Shown in pieces: positions 33,404-47,720 of a stretch of DNA of 64,000 nucleotides. The stretch lies in assembly GCA_030141605.1 (NCBI GenBank), contig JAQGDQ010000250.1, positions 62,001 through 126,000 of the forward strand, in the 5' to 3' direction. A program made the position numbers and the translations under genes. The stretch is from Tubiluchus corallicola (taxonomy: Eukaryota > Animalia > Priapulida). The notes under the pieces are model-generated. The model saw nothing but the letters and a program-made list of their open reading frames with translations. It searched no databases and had not been told where the DNA came from. Numbering within the stretch: the stretch's first letter is position 1; each line of letters starts with the position of its first letter.

Positions 33404-35278
33404 ATATTACTTTACAGCATTTTTATGCATATATCCTACTCGCGTTAAAAGGAATTTTTGTTTGTTTTCATTTTAAATCTCCCGCTATACTGTATCGATA
33501 TCAATACGACCCAATACGTACCATTACATGACGTCACTACGCAAACGTAAATCTGGGGAAGAAAATGTTAAATTATGTCCCAAAAAACTTTCCGTGCAAA
33601 CCTATATTACTTAGCATTTCGCTTACCTGCTGGAAAGACTTATGTAACTAGAAATAATAATTTAAAATGTTCGTGCCAATTGGTAAAATATCGCTGACTC
33701 ACCCTCCAGAGTGCTCCACACACTAACCTAAAACGTATTTTCAGTCTTATTGACAAGATACAGTAATTTAAAGCTCTGCTTAGTTAGTAGCATGTGTACT
33801 GCGAATGCTCTGATAGTTTCACGCAATGTTATCTAAGCTTGTATCAAACGATCTACCATTAAAATGGTTGCGCCTAACGGTCATCGCGAGAGGTTAAATT
33901 TACAAGTTTTATACAGTAACGCAAGCCCTGCATGCAAAAAGGCAGTATGTAAGTGGTACAAAAAATTTTAAGACGAATTTTTCAAGCTTTATGTAAGTTG
34001 GGGGCTTTCTTGTGCTTCAAGATTATGAATTACAACTCATAGTTAATGAATTTGTAAACTGAGCCATTAATCATATTGCTGGTTGATGTGTGGTCACAGC
34101 AGTAGTACATGAAATGATGGTGGCGTTTGTCACGTTGTGGTTATTGTTGCATTGCTGTTGCTGCTGCTGCTGCTGCTGCTACTTATTTTCTCCTGTTATT
34201 GTTGACGTTACGGCTGTTGCTACATGATTATTGTTACTCTTTTGCTGGTTACAAGAACGTGACTAATCGGTAAGATAGGATTTCCATAACATAGGTAAAG
34301 CGTTCAAACACAATGAAATTCTACAACAGACTGACTTGGGCTGGGAATAGAAAACCCTCGCTTGTGCAAAATATTTAACCAGGAGGAATGATTAATTTCA
34401 GCTTTCTAAATGTGCTATTTATCTTACGCGTCACAAGACTTACTGCAAATCCTATTAAGACGCTATTAAACTACACGAGGACTTCGTAATTTCAGCAAAA
34501 TACACCTGTTCTGCTAGCTTCTTCTTAAGCGCCGTCGCCGGTAATTCTTCTTAAGACGTTGTTAAGCTTGGTTCTTGCAATTTTTGTTAAACTACTTACT
34601 TATAGCATATAACTTTAGCAAAATTCGTGTTGATAGTTTTTGTTGCAGCTCTAAGCTCCATGGATCAGCATATTGTTACTTTTCTGTCAAGGCTTCACTG
34701 GAATGCCATTGTATTTTTGCAAACTTGAAACCCGGTCTCTTGTCCATTGACTACATATATAATGACAACTGACCAGCTCTGTTCTCTGTGACCATTAACG
34801 TATAATATTTCATGCAAAACAATTCGCACTATATAAAGAAACGACTGTTTGTTGTGTTTAATAGCGTGAATCGCTTTACTTTACTGTGAATAAGTGCTTA
34901 AAAATATCTACCCCTCATGGAAACGTGTCGTTGTAAAAGTTATACACGCGCTCTGTCAAATAAGTGTCTTCACATCGATGACATTGCATTCATTCTCTGC
35001 AATCTGATTTGAAGCTAGAGAGAGACTTAGTAGGTAATGTTTCCAACTGTACATAAATTATAATTATAGACCACTTCAGGCATACTCACAGACACTCTTT
35101 TCTTCTTTCCACCTTTTCTACGTTTTAGTGCTAGGTCATAAAACTCTCGCGTGATCTTTAACTACTAAAACGCGACTTTGGTCTTTTCTATTCTGTTCTG
35201 AATTTTCCCAATGGAGTCCAGATACAAATTGGACAGCTGTGTTCCTTGTTTAATGCGACAGTAGAGGTTCATTTATAA

Positions 35279-35772
35279 AGGCAAGGAAGAAAAGGCAATT
35301 TTAAAGTGTATATGTCCCAAAAAAACTTTCCATACGAACTTATATTAAAATGCTTAGCATTACGCTTACCTGCTTGAAAGACTTACCTAACTAAAAAGAA
35401 AATTCTTAGTAATTTAAAATGTTCGCGCCAACTGATAAAATCTCACTCAGTCGCCTTCCCAGTGTGCGCCACTGATTCACCAAAAACGTATTTTTAATTT
35501 GATTGACGTGATAGTTTATGCTTATATTTATATTTTGCTTAATTAGTGAAGTATGCGCTACTAATGTTCTGATTTTTTTTCAAACTTAGCGCATTGCTAT
35601 CTAAGTTTTGTTTCAAACCGTCAAAATGGCTGCGCCTAATTTCAAGGTCATCGCAGAAGTTTAATTATAAATTTTTATACAAGGTTGCTGCTAATAACGC
35701 AGTACACAACTGGTTCAAAATTTCAATGCGAATTTTTTAGCTTTACATGTAAGTAAACAGTTTTCTTGTGCC
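35279..35772. mobile_element. Kolobok-like MITE (family D)
   Basis: Colinear with 33560-34016 (e.g. ATGTCCCAAAAAACTTTCC, CGCTTACCTGCT.GAAAGACTTA); ends TTTTCTTGTGCC. Confidence 0.6.
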
Positions 35773-36037
35773 ATAGAGTCTTGTTTTCATTTTTATTGTA
35801 CTCCGAGCAAGCACTGAAGATCTATACTGTCTCCAGGTTCAGCAGTACAGAGTATGTATGTATGTACTTGTAATTACTTTACAAAATGTAATTTTAGTAT
35901 AATACTATGTTCCACAGTACAGATTTGTTGGAAAATGTAATTGTCATTCTAAAATTCGTTGTGTACTAAACTTAGTAATAATTTATAACTTAACATAATA
36001 TAATATAATTGCAGTATTTAACCACTGTAACTACCGT

Positions 36038-36256
<219 letters not shown>

Positions 36257-39200
36257 GTGTACATTCTGTGGACGATTATACCCCATGTGCGGGGTTTTGT
36301 CTGTGTAGTTTTTTCTTCATTGTAATGTATTGCATTGTTTATGTAACGTTTTGTAACTTGTAATTGTAATTTGTAACTCTCTGTCTATAAATCTGTTTGT
36401 ATAATCTTTTGCTAAGCAGGAGTTGAGGAACTCAAGGTCCTCCAACACGCCTTGCATACCTCTTGAGTTTTTCTGTTGAATACCGCTATCAATGGTATAT
36501 GTTTGGCCCATCCTAGCCTCCAATTGGTCTTTCAAGACGGGTCTAATGTGTCCGGTGAATTTTCTGACCATTCTGCTCGATCTGTTCTTAACACACCAGT
36601 TAAGACTGCAGGTTGTATGAGAAGCACAAGGTTTCCACACTAAATATTGAGGGCATTATAGATTCTCAATTGATTGAGCAATTCTTAATGCAGTAAATTT
36701 TTCTGTACTGTTGCTGATTGTTTAGTACAGCCAGCAAAAGTTATGTACATTGCAGAATCTTCTTATTCAGTTGTTCTATGTTGTTTCTTGGCATTGCATC
36801 TCACGGAAGCGAGTGAGTGACTGAATATGCACAATCTATAACACTTTGGTCAAAGTCACTGTGATATCGGCTAGTTTAAACTTAGACAGTGTTCACACAT
36901 GTATATATAACTTTGGTGGAGTGATGTGATTATCCCATTAAACCGGGGATAGAGTAACAGGCAAAGGGCTAACATGTATCATACGCCTTCCAACAGGGCT
37001 TAATGAATATTTCAAAGGCTTTGTACGTACTTTTAGTTTTGTTTATTTCATAAGTACCATAATCTACTAATAAGTAATCTGTTAAAATAAAGAACACAAA
37101 AAATTACTATATATTAGTATTTTCAATTTCATAAATTGGAGGATAATGTAATTAAAACGCAATCACTACTTAGGAACACAATATGCAGATTAGAAAAAAA
37201 TTAATAAGAGAAAAATGCAAGAAGAACAAACTATTACTAATAAGGCAGCAGTAAATATTGAGTACCAAATGTGTAAAGCAAAAAGTACAATTTGCAGCAA
37301 GTACTCCAAATGGCCTGTTGGCATATTAATCAAAACGTAGACGAACAGCTTGTGGTGTGTTAGCAGAAGAGAAAGATCCAGAAAAGCTGTTTAAGGTGTA
37401 AAACAGAAAAAAACAAAATCATGATATATTATAATTTCAGTTAAGCTAATGTAAGCTGTTTCACTTTTTTGTTTCTTCTCTGCTTAACACATCACAGATT
37501 CTTTGGCCAAATTTTGTTTTGCATACCATTAACACATTACTGTATTTTGATAGAATTGTGTGTTTTGTCTTCTTTTTAGCGTGTTTATCGGTGATTGTGT
37601 CATAAATTGCAAAATTAATCCTTTTCTTTACACCCGAAAAGAGTACACAGTGGTGTATCTCCAGTTTTTCTATTGAAGAGATTTTCATAATAATTCTTCC
37701 AATTTTATAATTAAGAATTGCAATGTGTTTCTATCTTATAAAACTCACAATCTTTCATATCGCAACACACAAGCCACCTGCAATAAAAGTAGCAGTCTTC
37801 ATAATTACTGCTCTTATTCGACGCATTGTTATATTTTTGAGAAAAGGTAGTGCCCGCGGGATGATTACCGTGTCTACAGTTTCCCAGGCCCTGAATATTC
37901 CCAGGCCCTCGTTTCTAAATGCACATACTACGTGGGATGTACGCGCATAGTTGACATCATCCATGTGGTGTGCATCACCTGAGTTGAAATTGTTTGCACC
38001 TTTTGTACTGAACCTGTAATTTTGATTATCAGAACACGTTCAATAGCAAAAACGATGACTTCTTTTTTTATATGTTAATGAGATAAACATTCCAGTAATA
38101 TAGTAAGAGGAGAGTTTAAATTAAGTAATTTTATAACGAAAAATAGTGGTGGCTCACTGATTGCTGGGTCAGCGAAAAAAAATTAAAGTACAACAGTATT
38201 TCGTAACTATTCCACTTTGGGCAAAATGAGAAATCAGAAGCCAGGACCATTGTGATAGTGACATGATGACTGAACGACAAGACTTGTGTCGTGGGTTTCA
38301 ATATTTCATGCTTCTTGGATTTTCGTTGTCTATTAACTTCAAAAGTTTAAAATAGTCAGAATTCATGTGCAGTGCAGTATATGAGCGGTTCATAGGTAAC
38401 ATATAAGCTGTGGTATACCACTTTAGCACCACTACTTTTTCTTATATACATTAGTGATCTACTACTTCTTATTTCAATACACGTCTTTTTGCTGATGCTA
38501 AAGTAGTGGTGAAGGTAATTTAATAGAATGGCAATAAATAGAAATTACTGTGAAACAGCAACTAAATCTAGTAGCTGGATGCTTTCCAAAATAGTGTCAA
38601 TAAAATTCTACAATCTGCCAGAAAGCAAAGTAAAACAATTCTCGTATGCAGATCATTTTCTAGTTACCCTACTGAACATTGTGCTGTGCATTTATATACC
38701 TTATACCCCAGTTGTTAACACTTTAATAACACGATTAGTTCTGTTCCAAGATTACGATGTTCCATGAGTACAATGAATCTGACTCTGCCTTTAGAGAGTC
38801 ATGAATACAAATATCTAATTTAACTACTGTTAGCGAAAATAAGTTCCAGTTGCAAAAACTAGCCAAAACATAGCCTATTGAAAATAACTTAATTATGATA
38901 AATAACTAGAGTAGGCATCCATGCCCAGTATCTGTTTCTGTACCTGTTTCTTCTCTCACTAAGTCTCTCTTTTAAACCCTACAAGTTTCAGTCGCAGTTA
39001 TCTTGTCTCTAATGCAGTATCTGTGGACAGTATTAAACTTTAAAACCGAATACACACAACTCGTGCACACTTACAGACGAGTATAAATGACCATTGCGAA
39101 AAATAACATGTTTCAATTACTGTTATTTACTAGTGAAACCATAGACGAGAAAACAGTTTTTACAATTACAGCTGCGTATAAACCCTCACTTGCAACAAAT

Positions 39201-39264
39201 GGGGGGAGAGAAGTTTAGTGCTTACGTGTTTTTCTATTAAATTATTTTCTGTTTTGTTTGTGCA

Positions 39265-39290
39265 GTCTCTCTCTCTCTCTCTCTTTCCCT

Positions 39291-39340
<50 letters not shown>

Positions 39341-39610
39341 CTCTCTCTCCCTCCCTCCCTCCGTTTTTCTCTCTCTCCCTCCCTCCTCTCCCTCTTTCTC
39401 TCTCTCCCTCCCTCCTCTCTCGCTGTCTCTTTCTCTCTCCCTCCCTCTCTCTCTCTTTCTCTCTCTCTCTCTACCTCTTACCCTCCCTTACTCTCTCTCT
39501 CTCTCTCTCTATCGATTTATATATCTGTCTGTCTGTCTATCTATATATCTATCTATCTCTCGCTCAATCTCTCACTCACTCACGCACTCATTCACTCGCT
39601 CACTCACTCA
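39265..39610. repeat. (CT)n/(CCCT)n/(CTAT)n/(CACT)n compound microsatellite
   Basis: Read directly from the sequence. Confidence 0.95.
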
Positions 39611-41331
39611 TAGGGTATCCGTCAGAAGTTCAAGCTTCTGCTTCAAAAACCTTCTCGTACAAAACTCCAGGGCAAAAAACGAAGAACAAAATACTCGCGA
39701 TAAGCCATTATTAAATCGACTAATAATGTTTATTCACGTGGCCTCCACCGCCTCTTTCTCATCCAGTTAATTAACACGGGAAACGGTAGAATCACATTTC
39801 ACGCTTCTTAGTCAAGGGAACATTTTGTCAGACTGCACAGGTGAATTACTGCCTGTAATTCTGAGATGTGCAATTCAACCTACCATGAACATAAATTCAC
39901 TGTAGCTAAGGCAACAGCAGCCGAGCGAAGCTTCAAAGTACTGATGAAAAACTAATCAACGATTCTTGCCGTCTTTGAATTGGATCGGTTTTGCTTTACT
40001 AACCAAAGCTCATCCACTGAATTACACGGTTTTAGCTTGACTCACTTATGAACGTATGAGAAAAGTTCTTCAAATTTTGCGTCTACTAAGGAATCTCATT
40101 AAAGAAAAACAGGGTGATTTTTCATATCCTACCCCATTTTGAAGTATGGTAAAAAAGTATACAACAATGCCGAAGCATTTCTGGTAATAAAATAATAAGT
40201 TAAAAAGTTAATTAGCGGCATCACAACAGAACGTAATTATCAACAGCATGCACATTCCATACCAGCGTGTTGCAAGTGTTCGTGAGAGCTAAAATTAAAA
40301 TATAGAGCTGTCGTACAGCATTCAGTGTGATATACAAAAACTCGGACAATTTTTAAGTTTAAAAATTTAAATTTCAAGTTTACCATTGTGCTCAAGCATG
40401 AACTGTCGAATGTATGTACTACGTCACAACTGAACACCTCTGAAATGAGAGGTGTAGCACCTGTTTTTATGCAACGCGCTTCCGAGATGCAGCCGCTGGT
40501 ACCCATCTAACTAGTGAATGGCGAAATGCATGTAACAGCGAAAAACTAACTGCCTGAACGCGAAATTACGTTTCTGTGGTAACAATTCTTTTTGTAAGTC
40601 ATTCTAAGTAATGGTATCTTCCTTTCAATATTTTATATTGTTAGTTTAAACATAACTTATTATAGGATTGGATCAGACAGTTTGAACGACATGATTTAGG
40701 ATCCTCACTACAACAGACTATATACCCTATTTACGAAAACATTTACAGTAAGAATTGACTATAACTACACAAGCTGACAAGTTTTATAACGGATTACATT
40801 AGATATTAGAAACAAATGACAGTTAGAAAATAATACTGTACGAATATTTAAGACTGACGCATTTCATTTTAGATTGTTTAGAGCTATAGATTAAGATGGT
40901 TCCTTGATACTTAAGATCACTAGTGTCTTGGTTATAGCTATTTGCCAAAAGAAAAGTCGGGTTAGAATTAAATACGTATAAAACGTTTAGCTTAGTTTGA
41001 AACTTTAAACTCTCTTTATAGTTGATCTAACAAGGTACTCTGCTACTCTGCACGACATTTTAGTACAAATGGAAATAATGTGATATAATCTAGCACAATG
41101 CATTAGTTGGCTTAATTCCAATATTAAACAGTAATTGAATCATCTCTCTAAATCTGACCAATAAGTTTAGTCGGCTGACATATTGCCATGTTAGAGCATC
41201 CTGTCTCTTATTGACCTAATAGCATAATCAAGCAGCAAATTAAGGATAGAACAAATCGGAAATGTCATCATGAAATTAGAACCATCAGCTTCTAGGTTAG
41301 GCGCTTGCTATGATTAAAAAGGTATCATTCT

Positions 41332-41720
41332 CAGGGGCGTATCCAGCTTTTACAAAGCCCTAGGTTGATAGTGTTCTGTCAGGCCCATCTCTATTGTAAA
41401 TTTGTGGTTATTTATGTAATAAGTATATTAAACAATTACTTGTGATGTGTTAGAGGCGCTATTAACGTGGTCATTATTAGTTACAAGTATTTGCGTAGCG
41501 CTTGTATTCAAGCAGGCTGAGCAACTGCTTATGTGCAATACCTGGCACCTATTCGTTAAGCGGCACTTATATAAAAGCTGCTCGCGGTAACTGCTTGTGG
41601 TGTGTTATAAAATGCGCCCTTTACATGAATGAAAGTATACACATTTTCCGAGAATAAGAATTTTTTCTAAAATGTGGCGCCCTCAAACTTTCTCGTTCTA
41701 GGCTATAGCCTAGTTGGCCT
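41332..41720. mobile_element. hAT-like MITE (family B); partial copies near 20626-20740 and 50506-50845
   Basis: All three loci share the start CAGGGG(C/T)(G/A)TATC. The 41.3-kb and 50.5-kb copies share GTAACTGCTTGTGGTGTGTTATAAA. Confidence 0.6.
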
Positions 41721-43179
41721 GTTGATTAATATGTCCCAGATCATGCTTCCAAAATTAAATGAGGCAACGAAAAATCCGATATAATGACGTCTTCTGCGCG
41801 CCCAACCCGGTGGCAAACTCGAGAATGACAGTGTTTTGAATGACGGTGTGGACGGCATATAAAATTACATTTATTTCTGGTACCACTGAGGTCAGACCGT
41901 TCAAAATCGTGGTACACTGGACTTTATTACATTAGTTACCTAGTATATTATGTCACTATACATCTGTCCAAAATTACATGGTTTTAATTTAACTCTGTTA
42001 TGAACATATCAAAAAATTTTCTTTAAATTTAGCGTTCCTGAAGAACATGCCAAATAACTTGCACTTTCCATTAAGTAGAATCTTAGTTATACGTGTAACT
42101 ATCTGCCAGCTGAAAAGTCGAGTTAGAATTAAAGACCTTTCAAAGATCGAAAATTTTGCATTGCCTTGAAATCACTACAGTAACGAGGGCCTGTCAAACG
42201 TAGCACAACAACTGTTCGTTAGCCAGAGGGGGCAAGGTCATTCATTACGCTACACTTTCACTTTGGCTTTGACTCTGACGGTCAGTATGCTATGCTCTGT
42301 CGAACGTTCCAGCGGAGGCCAAGCAAGTTAAACGGACAATACAAGTGAAATGGTTACTAGAGCGAATTTCTCGTTTTTTGACAATGGCTTGGCGTAAATG
42401 GCTAGGATTGTATCGTTTCGTGTCTCTCTTGTATTGCAGTATGGTGCAATATTTACTGCGGTATGCAGAAGCTGTGACACGTCAATTTTTAACTATTTAT
42501 GGACAAAAAAGAAAGAAACTGTTATAAGCTACAGTATTAGACATATTGTATCAGATATTTATTTTGATGTATGGGCACGATCAAAGTTTGAAACACAGAT
42601 GCACAATGTTTACCATCACGTACTTGAGCGAATAAATTTTGTTAAAACTCATTCTGTTTTAGAATCTCTTTGAAAGCCGAAATTCCTTATCTAAAACACT
42701 AGTAAAGTTCTTTTAGTGACACTCCCTATATACATAAGTTATTTGACACTCTAGTTAGGGTTTACATGACTGCCTCTTGTGTTTTATATATAGGGTTTAA
42801 CTCCTATTTTTTAATTAGCAAATTCAGCTATAAGCTTTGTATAATTAATTTTAGATGGTTTTTGAAAGCTTTCCCGTGTAACTTATGCTATTTTACAACT
42901 TTCAGCGCTAGTACTCAATCGCCAGGCGGCGCTTTCAAGAACCAAATTCACAACTTACTACACAGCAAGTTGCGTAAATTAGCAAGCCAAGCATAGAAGA
43001 ATAAAAAGGAGTCAAAACACAAAATCTTTTTCATTTCGGCGTCTGTCGGGTAGACATTTAACTCAGCTCTAGACACTGGCTTATTCTTTGCTAAGTATAT
43101 TTAAGTATTATTTCATGATGACTATAAATTAAACGGGGCTATGTTTTTTGCAATATCAGTTGTTTTTCAATTAATGAGA

Positions 43180-43343
43180 GGACCAGCTCAGTAGTAGCGC
43201 GCTCGCTTACCACCAGGGAGGTCATTGTTTCAATTCCATGCCCTGTGATATTAAAGACTTAAAAAGTGGTACCGCTCGTTCTTCGACCATGGAAATAAGT
43301 ATTAAGTTACTTAAGGTGTTACCTCTGTATAATGTTCTAAGCG

Positions 43344-43345
<2 letters not shown>
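43180..43345 (+). mobile_element. tRNA-derived SINE (family 1), internally deleted
   Basis: Head CAGCTCAGTAG..GTTCAATTCC, core AAAGACTTAAAAAGTGGTACC, tail TGGAAATAAGTATTAAGTTACTTAAG running into a long (TAT)n. Confidence 0.75.
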
Positions 43346-43582
<237 letters not shown>

Positions 43583-44289
43583 AGTGTGTTGCAATACAAA
43601 GTCTGGAGCTGATTCCACCAACATCTCATTTAAGTAGCTTTGCGAAAAGGAAGCCCTACACCTGCTGTTGGTTTGTCCAACTCACTAGTAACCTTAGTGT
43701 GGCCTGAGCCAGTGGCTGTGTGTCAGGTGCAAATACAACAGATGTACCATTACACCTGCTCTGGCAATGATAATTATCTTGTGCAGCTTCGGGCAATTAT
43801 GACCCAATAATTACAACCATTATAATGTTGAGCTCGCAGACGTTTCTCCAGCAATCATTTATATTCCTGTACGAGTGGCCGCTGAGGAATATTTCAGCAA
43901 TAATATGGATAGTTAAACGGCATAATCTGCATTCTGATGCGTGCAGTCAGTGTCTGTTCATAAACCTCGCGAGATAAGGCATATAGCACGTCCAGAGTAA
44001 TAACTCTGATCATAATTGCTTTAGCTCTGTAGGTTTAGCTAATGACTGAGAAGATTAATTGACTGATTTTGTTTGCTGTCGGTTAATTATCGTCATTTCT
44101 ATATTGCAAAGCGTTCCTTCAGTGAGTAAACAAAATTAAATTTAAAACATCACTAGGGAGCAATAGACTTTGACATTAATTTAGTTAATAAAAAGTGATA
44201 CGTCTTACAAAAAGTTAGTGCCGGGCTTGTATATATGTTTTTAGTTTAAACCAAATGGAATATGAAGGCTAGCATAGGATATGAGTGGC

Positions 44290-44309
44290 AGCAATAATAA
44301 TAATAATAA

Positions 44310-44408
<99 letters not shown>

Positions 44409-44418
44409 CAGTAGCAGG

Positions 44419-44450
<32 letters not shown>

Positions 44451-44463
44451 TAGCTGCAGCACT

Positions 44464-44553
<90 letters not shown>
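44290..44553. repeat. (AAT)(AGT)n(AGC)n compound microsatellite
   Basis: Read directly from the sequence. Confidence 0.95.
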
Positions 44554-44554
<1 letters not shown>

Positions 44555-44696
44555 ACAGTGTGCATTACGATTAAAGATCTTTCTTCGTCATTTGTTAATT
44601 ACTCAACGAACGTTTTTATGTACATTGGTCACACACACAAGTGTCTTCTTTAAGCGCACGAACATTTAAATATTGAGTCAAATGTATTTGTGTTGG

Positions 44697-44995
44697 GTTT
44701 CATAGTTGAGTTGGTAAGCGAGCGCACTATTTCTCAGCGAGGTATGCACCACCATGGGTTCGGAACTGGCTCTTGACAGCATCATTCGTAAACTTTGGTT
44801 GTTTGCCTCGCATATGAAAAACAGGCGTATATTCATCCAGACATGGCTGAAACACCTCTGCTAGTTCAGTGGCTCATCTTAGAGGAATCTCTTTGATAAT
44901 TCAATTCACCCCACAACCTCTCTTTGAGTGAAGCTTGCTTTTGAATACTGGATTCAGGCGGCAGGTGCCAAAGCGTATAAAAATTAGTTTAGTTT
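44697..44995 (+). mobile_element. tRNA-derived SINE (family 2); inverted copy at ~17826-18122
   Basis: Head TAGTTGAGTTGG..GGGTTCGGAAC. The core TTCAGTGGCTCATCT..GAG....TCTTTGATAAT is shared with the reverse complement of 17930-17975. Confidence 0.6.
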
Positions 44996-45369
44996 AAATT
45001 TTATTTATTTAAATTGAATTTACAATACAGACTTCGTCTGTTACGAGATTACATGTATCTCCACGATACAAGTGCGGAGTGCAGGGGCTGATAAGAGTTT
45101 AATGAGCATCACAACTAATATAGTACTTTGTTAGATAAAACAGCAACATTTGTCTTACTGCTATTATATAACCTACTAACCAGAAAGCAAAACACAAGCA
45201 GTTTATTATCGGCCAGGTTTTGCCATTGACTAAGCACAAAAAGTCAGAACAGAAGCTCTTCTCCAGCCAAAGCCTTCCTTAGCAGTTTACTTATAATAGC
45301 GGCAAAGTACGGGGGTCACACGTCAAAATCTTGTCTCATTCCTGGACTCTTTCTTACAGACATGCTGAC

Positions 45370-45713
45370 CAGGGCTGGATTATGACCTTTTGGGGTCCCT
45401 AGGCGAATGAAATTTTGCCCCCACTTTCAGATGGAGCCACCCTCACTTGCCTGCACCCGGCTTGAATAATTTTACTCGTGATATATTTCAGCGATATTTG
45501 CATATACATTTACAGAAGTAAACTTATTGCAATTTTTTTAAATAAACTAGAATAAATATCTTTTTTGTCAATGAAGATATTCTTTAAGAAATACCACTAT
45601 TTTACAATTTATACACATTTTAACACAACTGTAGTGAAAAAACAAATTTTTTACCAAAATTAATGAGTCCCTAGGCTGCAGCCCATACTATCCTATAGGC
45701 TAATCAGACCCTA
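45370..45713. mobile_element. hAT-type MITE (family A)
   Basis: Ends CAGGGCTGGATTA/TAATCAGACCCTA and an 8-bp TSD ATGCTGAC/ATGTTGAC. Confidence 0.75.
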
Positions 45714-47029
45714 ATGTTGACCCAGTTTTACTAACATAACATCAGATTTTACAGTCTCAGATTCGAAACGTGTAAAACTCTATACTAGGGATAAATATGC
45801 TTGACCAACAATGAATAATTTGCATTTTATATTACATAAGCTATTCTATTACCAACTTTTGCTTTTCTTGCGCAATTTTTATCTTTGCAACTTTTCTCTC
45901 TTGTTGCTCTTGTTGGCCATCATTCTTCCTGTTTATCCTGAAGCCCTTTGCAGTCTTTTGGGACGAAGCAGAATGACATTTTGCACGGATTTAAGATTCC
46001 AAGCAAAGAATCTACGTGACTAGCAAAAATAACCAGGCCTACGTCGGGATTTTGACAAATAGACGACATCTGCAACACAGAAGACATTTTACTGACTGCT
46101 GTAGCAGAAAGACATTATTTTGATTTAACAGTAAGTCCTTAAATCACATTTTCATATCAAATAAATAACGTGCAATAACTACATTGATTACATAGAAAAA
46201 TATTTTTACAAAATATGCAAAATGCACTAATATCATTATTGCAATATATAGAAAGCATATACAGGCACACCTACAATACGTTTAGATGTAACGCATACTT
46301 GCAAATCTGAACTTGGTCCAGTACACTTGAAGGCAATATGAGCAAAATTTTTGGAAATGTGCGCATGTATTAAGTTCATCAATCTGGCTGCTGCATGATG
46401 CTGCCATCTGGCATCGAAAATAATACGAAAACAGTTTCCACTGTCTTTAAAATAAATTAGAATTTAAGTTGGCACAGTAGTGAGTTATTGGCTGAAATCT
46501 GAACACTGCCAAAGTTAATGTGTTGTACATGTACATGCGTTGAAGAACTGACAAAGGCTATAATGATGCTCAGTAAAATATTATCATGTAAATTAATTGA
46601 GCTAACTAGCATTACTGTTAAAGCACACGCCTGCAAATAACGGCACCAATTTATATTAATTTTATAAAAGATTTATCGTCATCATCGTAGTCACCATCAA
46701 TGTTATATTCATGCTAGATGATATAATATATATAGCGCGATATAGAATCAAAGTGCACATTGGGTTTAAATTAAAGCTACTGTATTATAGTATCACTATG
46801 AGAGTCTTGGAGGAAAAGCCTGAAGTTGCGTTGGTCAAACCAAATCAAATCAATCTTTAATTAAACTCGGATTTTACGTAAACATAAAAACACTAGCTCG
46901 CAAGAGCTATTAAGCCAACTACATTGCATTCGAATCCAGTGTACAATTTTTAAATTATTTATTTTACTTTATCAGTTGCGACTATAAATTTCTCATTACC
47001 TCCTTTGTGGCATGCAATTGCGTTGGAGC

Positions 47030-47403
47030 TATAGGTGAACCTCGAACGTTCGAATCGAGCTTGTTATTTCGAATTCGATTCGAACCAAAAACTATAGATT
47101 CGAATAATTCAGCACTTCACCCACATATGTTCTTTAACATTAAAACGCTTGAAACATCATGCAATTAGCGCAATTTAGCCGTAATTTCTGTGCACAATTT
47201 TTAAATAAATTATTAGAAGTTTTACTGCAAAACAAAGTCTTTTAATATGCATGATCTTTGTAAGACTAATTTTTGTTAGATGATTCGAAAATCTTTCAGT
47301 CTGAATTCGAATTCGAAATACCAAAGTTCGGTTCGATTCGAATTCGAAAGTGACAAATTTGATTCGATTCAAATTCGCTTTCTGGTAGACAATGCTCACC
47401 CTA
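47030..47403. mobile_element. hAT-type MITE with TTCGAA/TTCGATTCG subterminal repeats
   Basis: Exact 8-bp TSD GTTGGAGC (47022-47029, 47404-47411), imperfect TIR, and clustered subterminal repeats at both ends. Confidence 0.8.
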
Positions 47404-47720
47404 GTTGGAGCACGCAAAAGAAAAGAAAATGTTTTAAATTTGTCGAGAAAATAATAGCTTGTCTTGATATGTATCGCTAATTGCAATGGTATTAATTTAT
47501 AGCTCTCTGACTGGCGATTTTTGAGCAGACGATTATCGCAGCAAACAAAATTTAAACACTTTAACTAACATAGTCTAGTTAAATATAGTCTCGTTTGTTT
47601 TAGGTTAATCAGTTATCATAGATAATCGGAATGTACAGACGGGCACAATCATATGGGTCATACTGCCCCCTACTACTGGTTACCAAATGTCTACAAAGCA
47701 TACTTCTTTTCTTTGTGTGA

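Larger units (their letters stand above)
30374..34016. mobile_element. Kolobok-like MITE (family D) split by the LINE insertion
   Basis: Left end TTAA|AGGAAGAGAAAAG at 30374. The element resumes at ~33399 with homology to 15440-15500 (reverse strand) and to 35300-35770. Right end TTTCTTGTGCT|TCAA. Confidence 0.6.
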
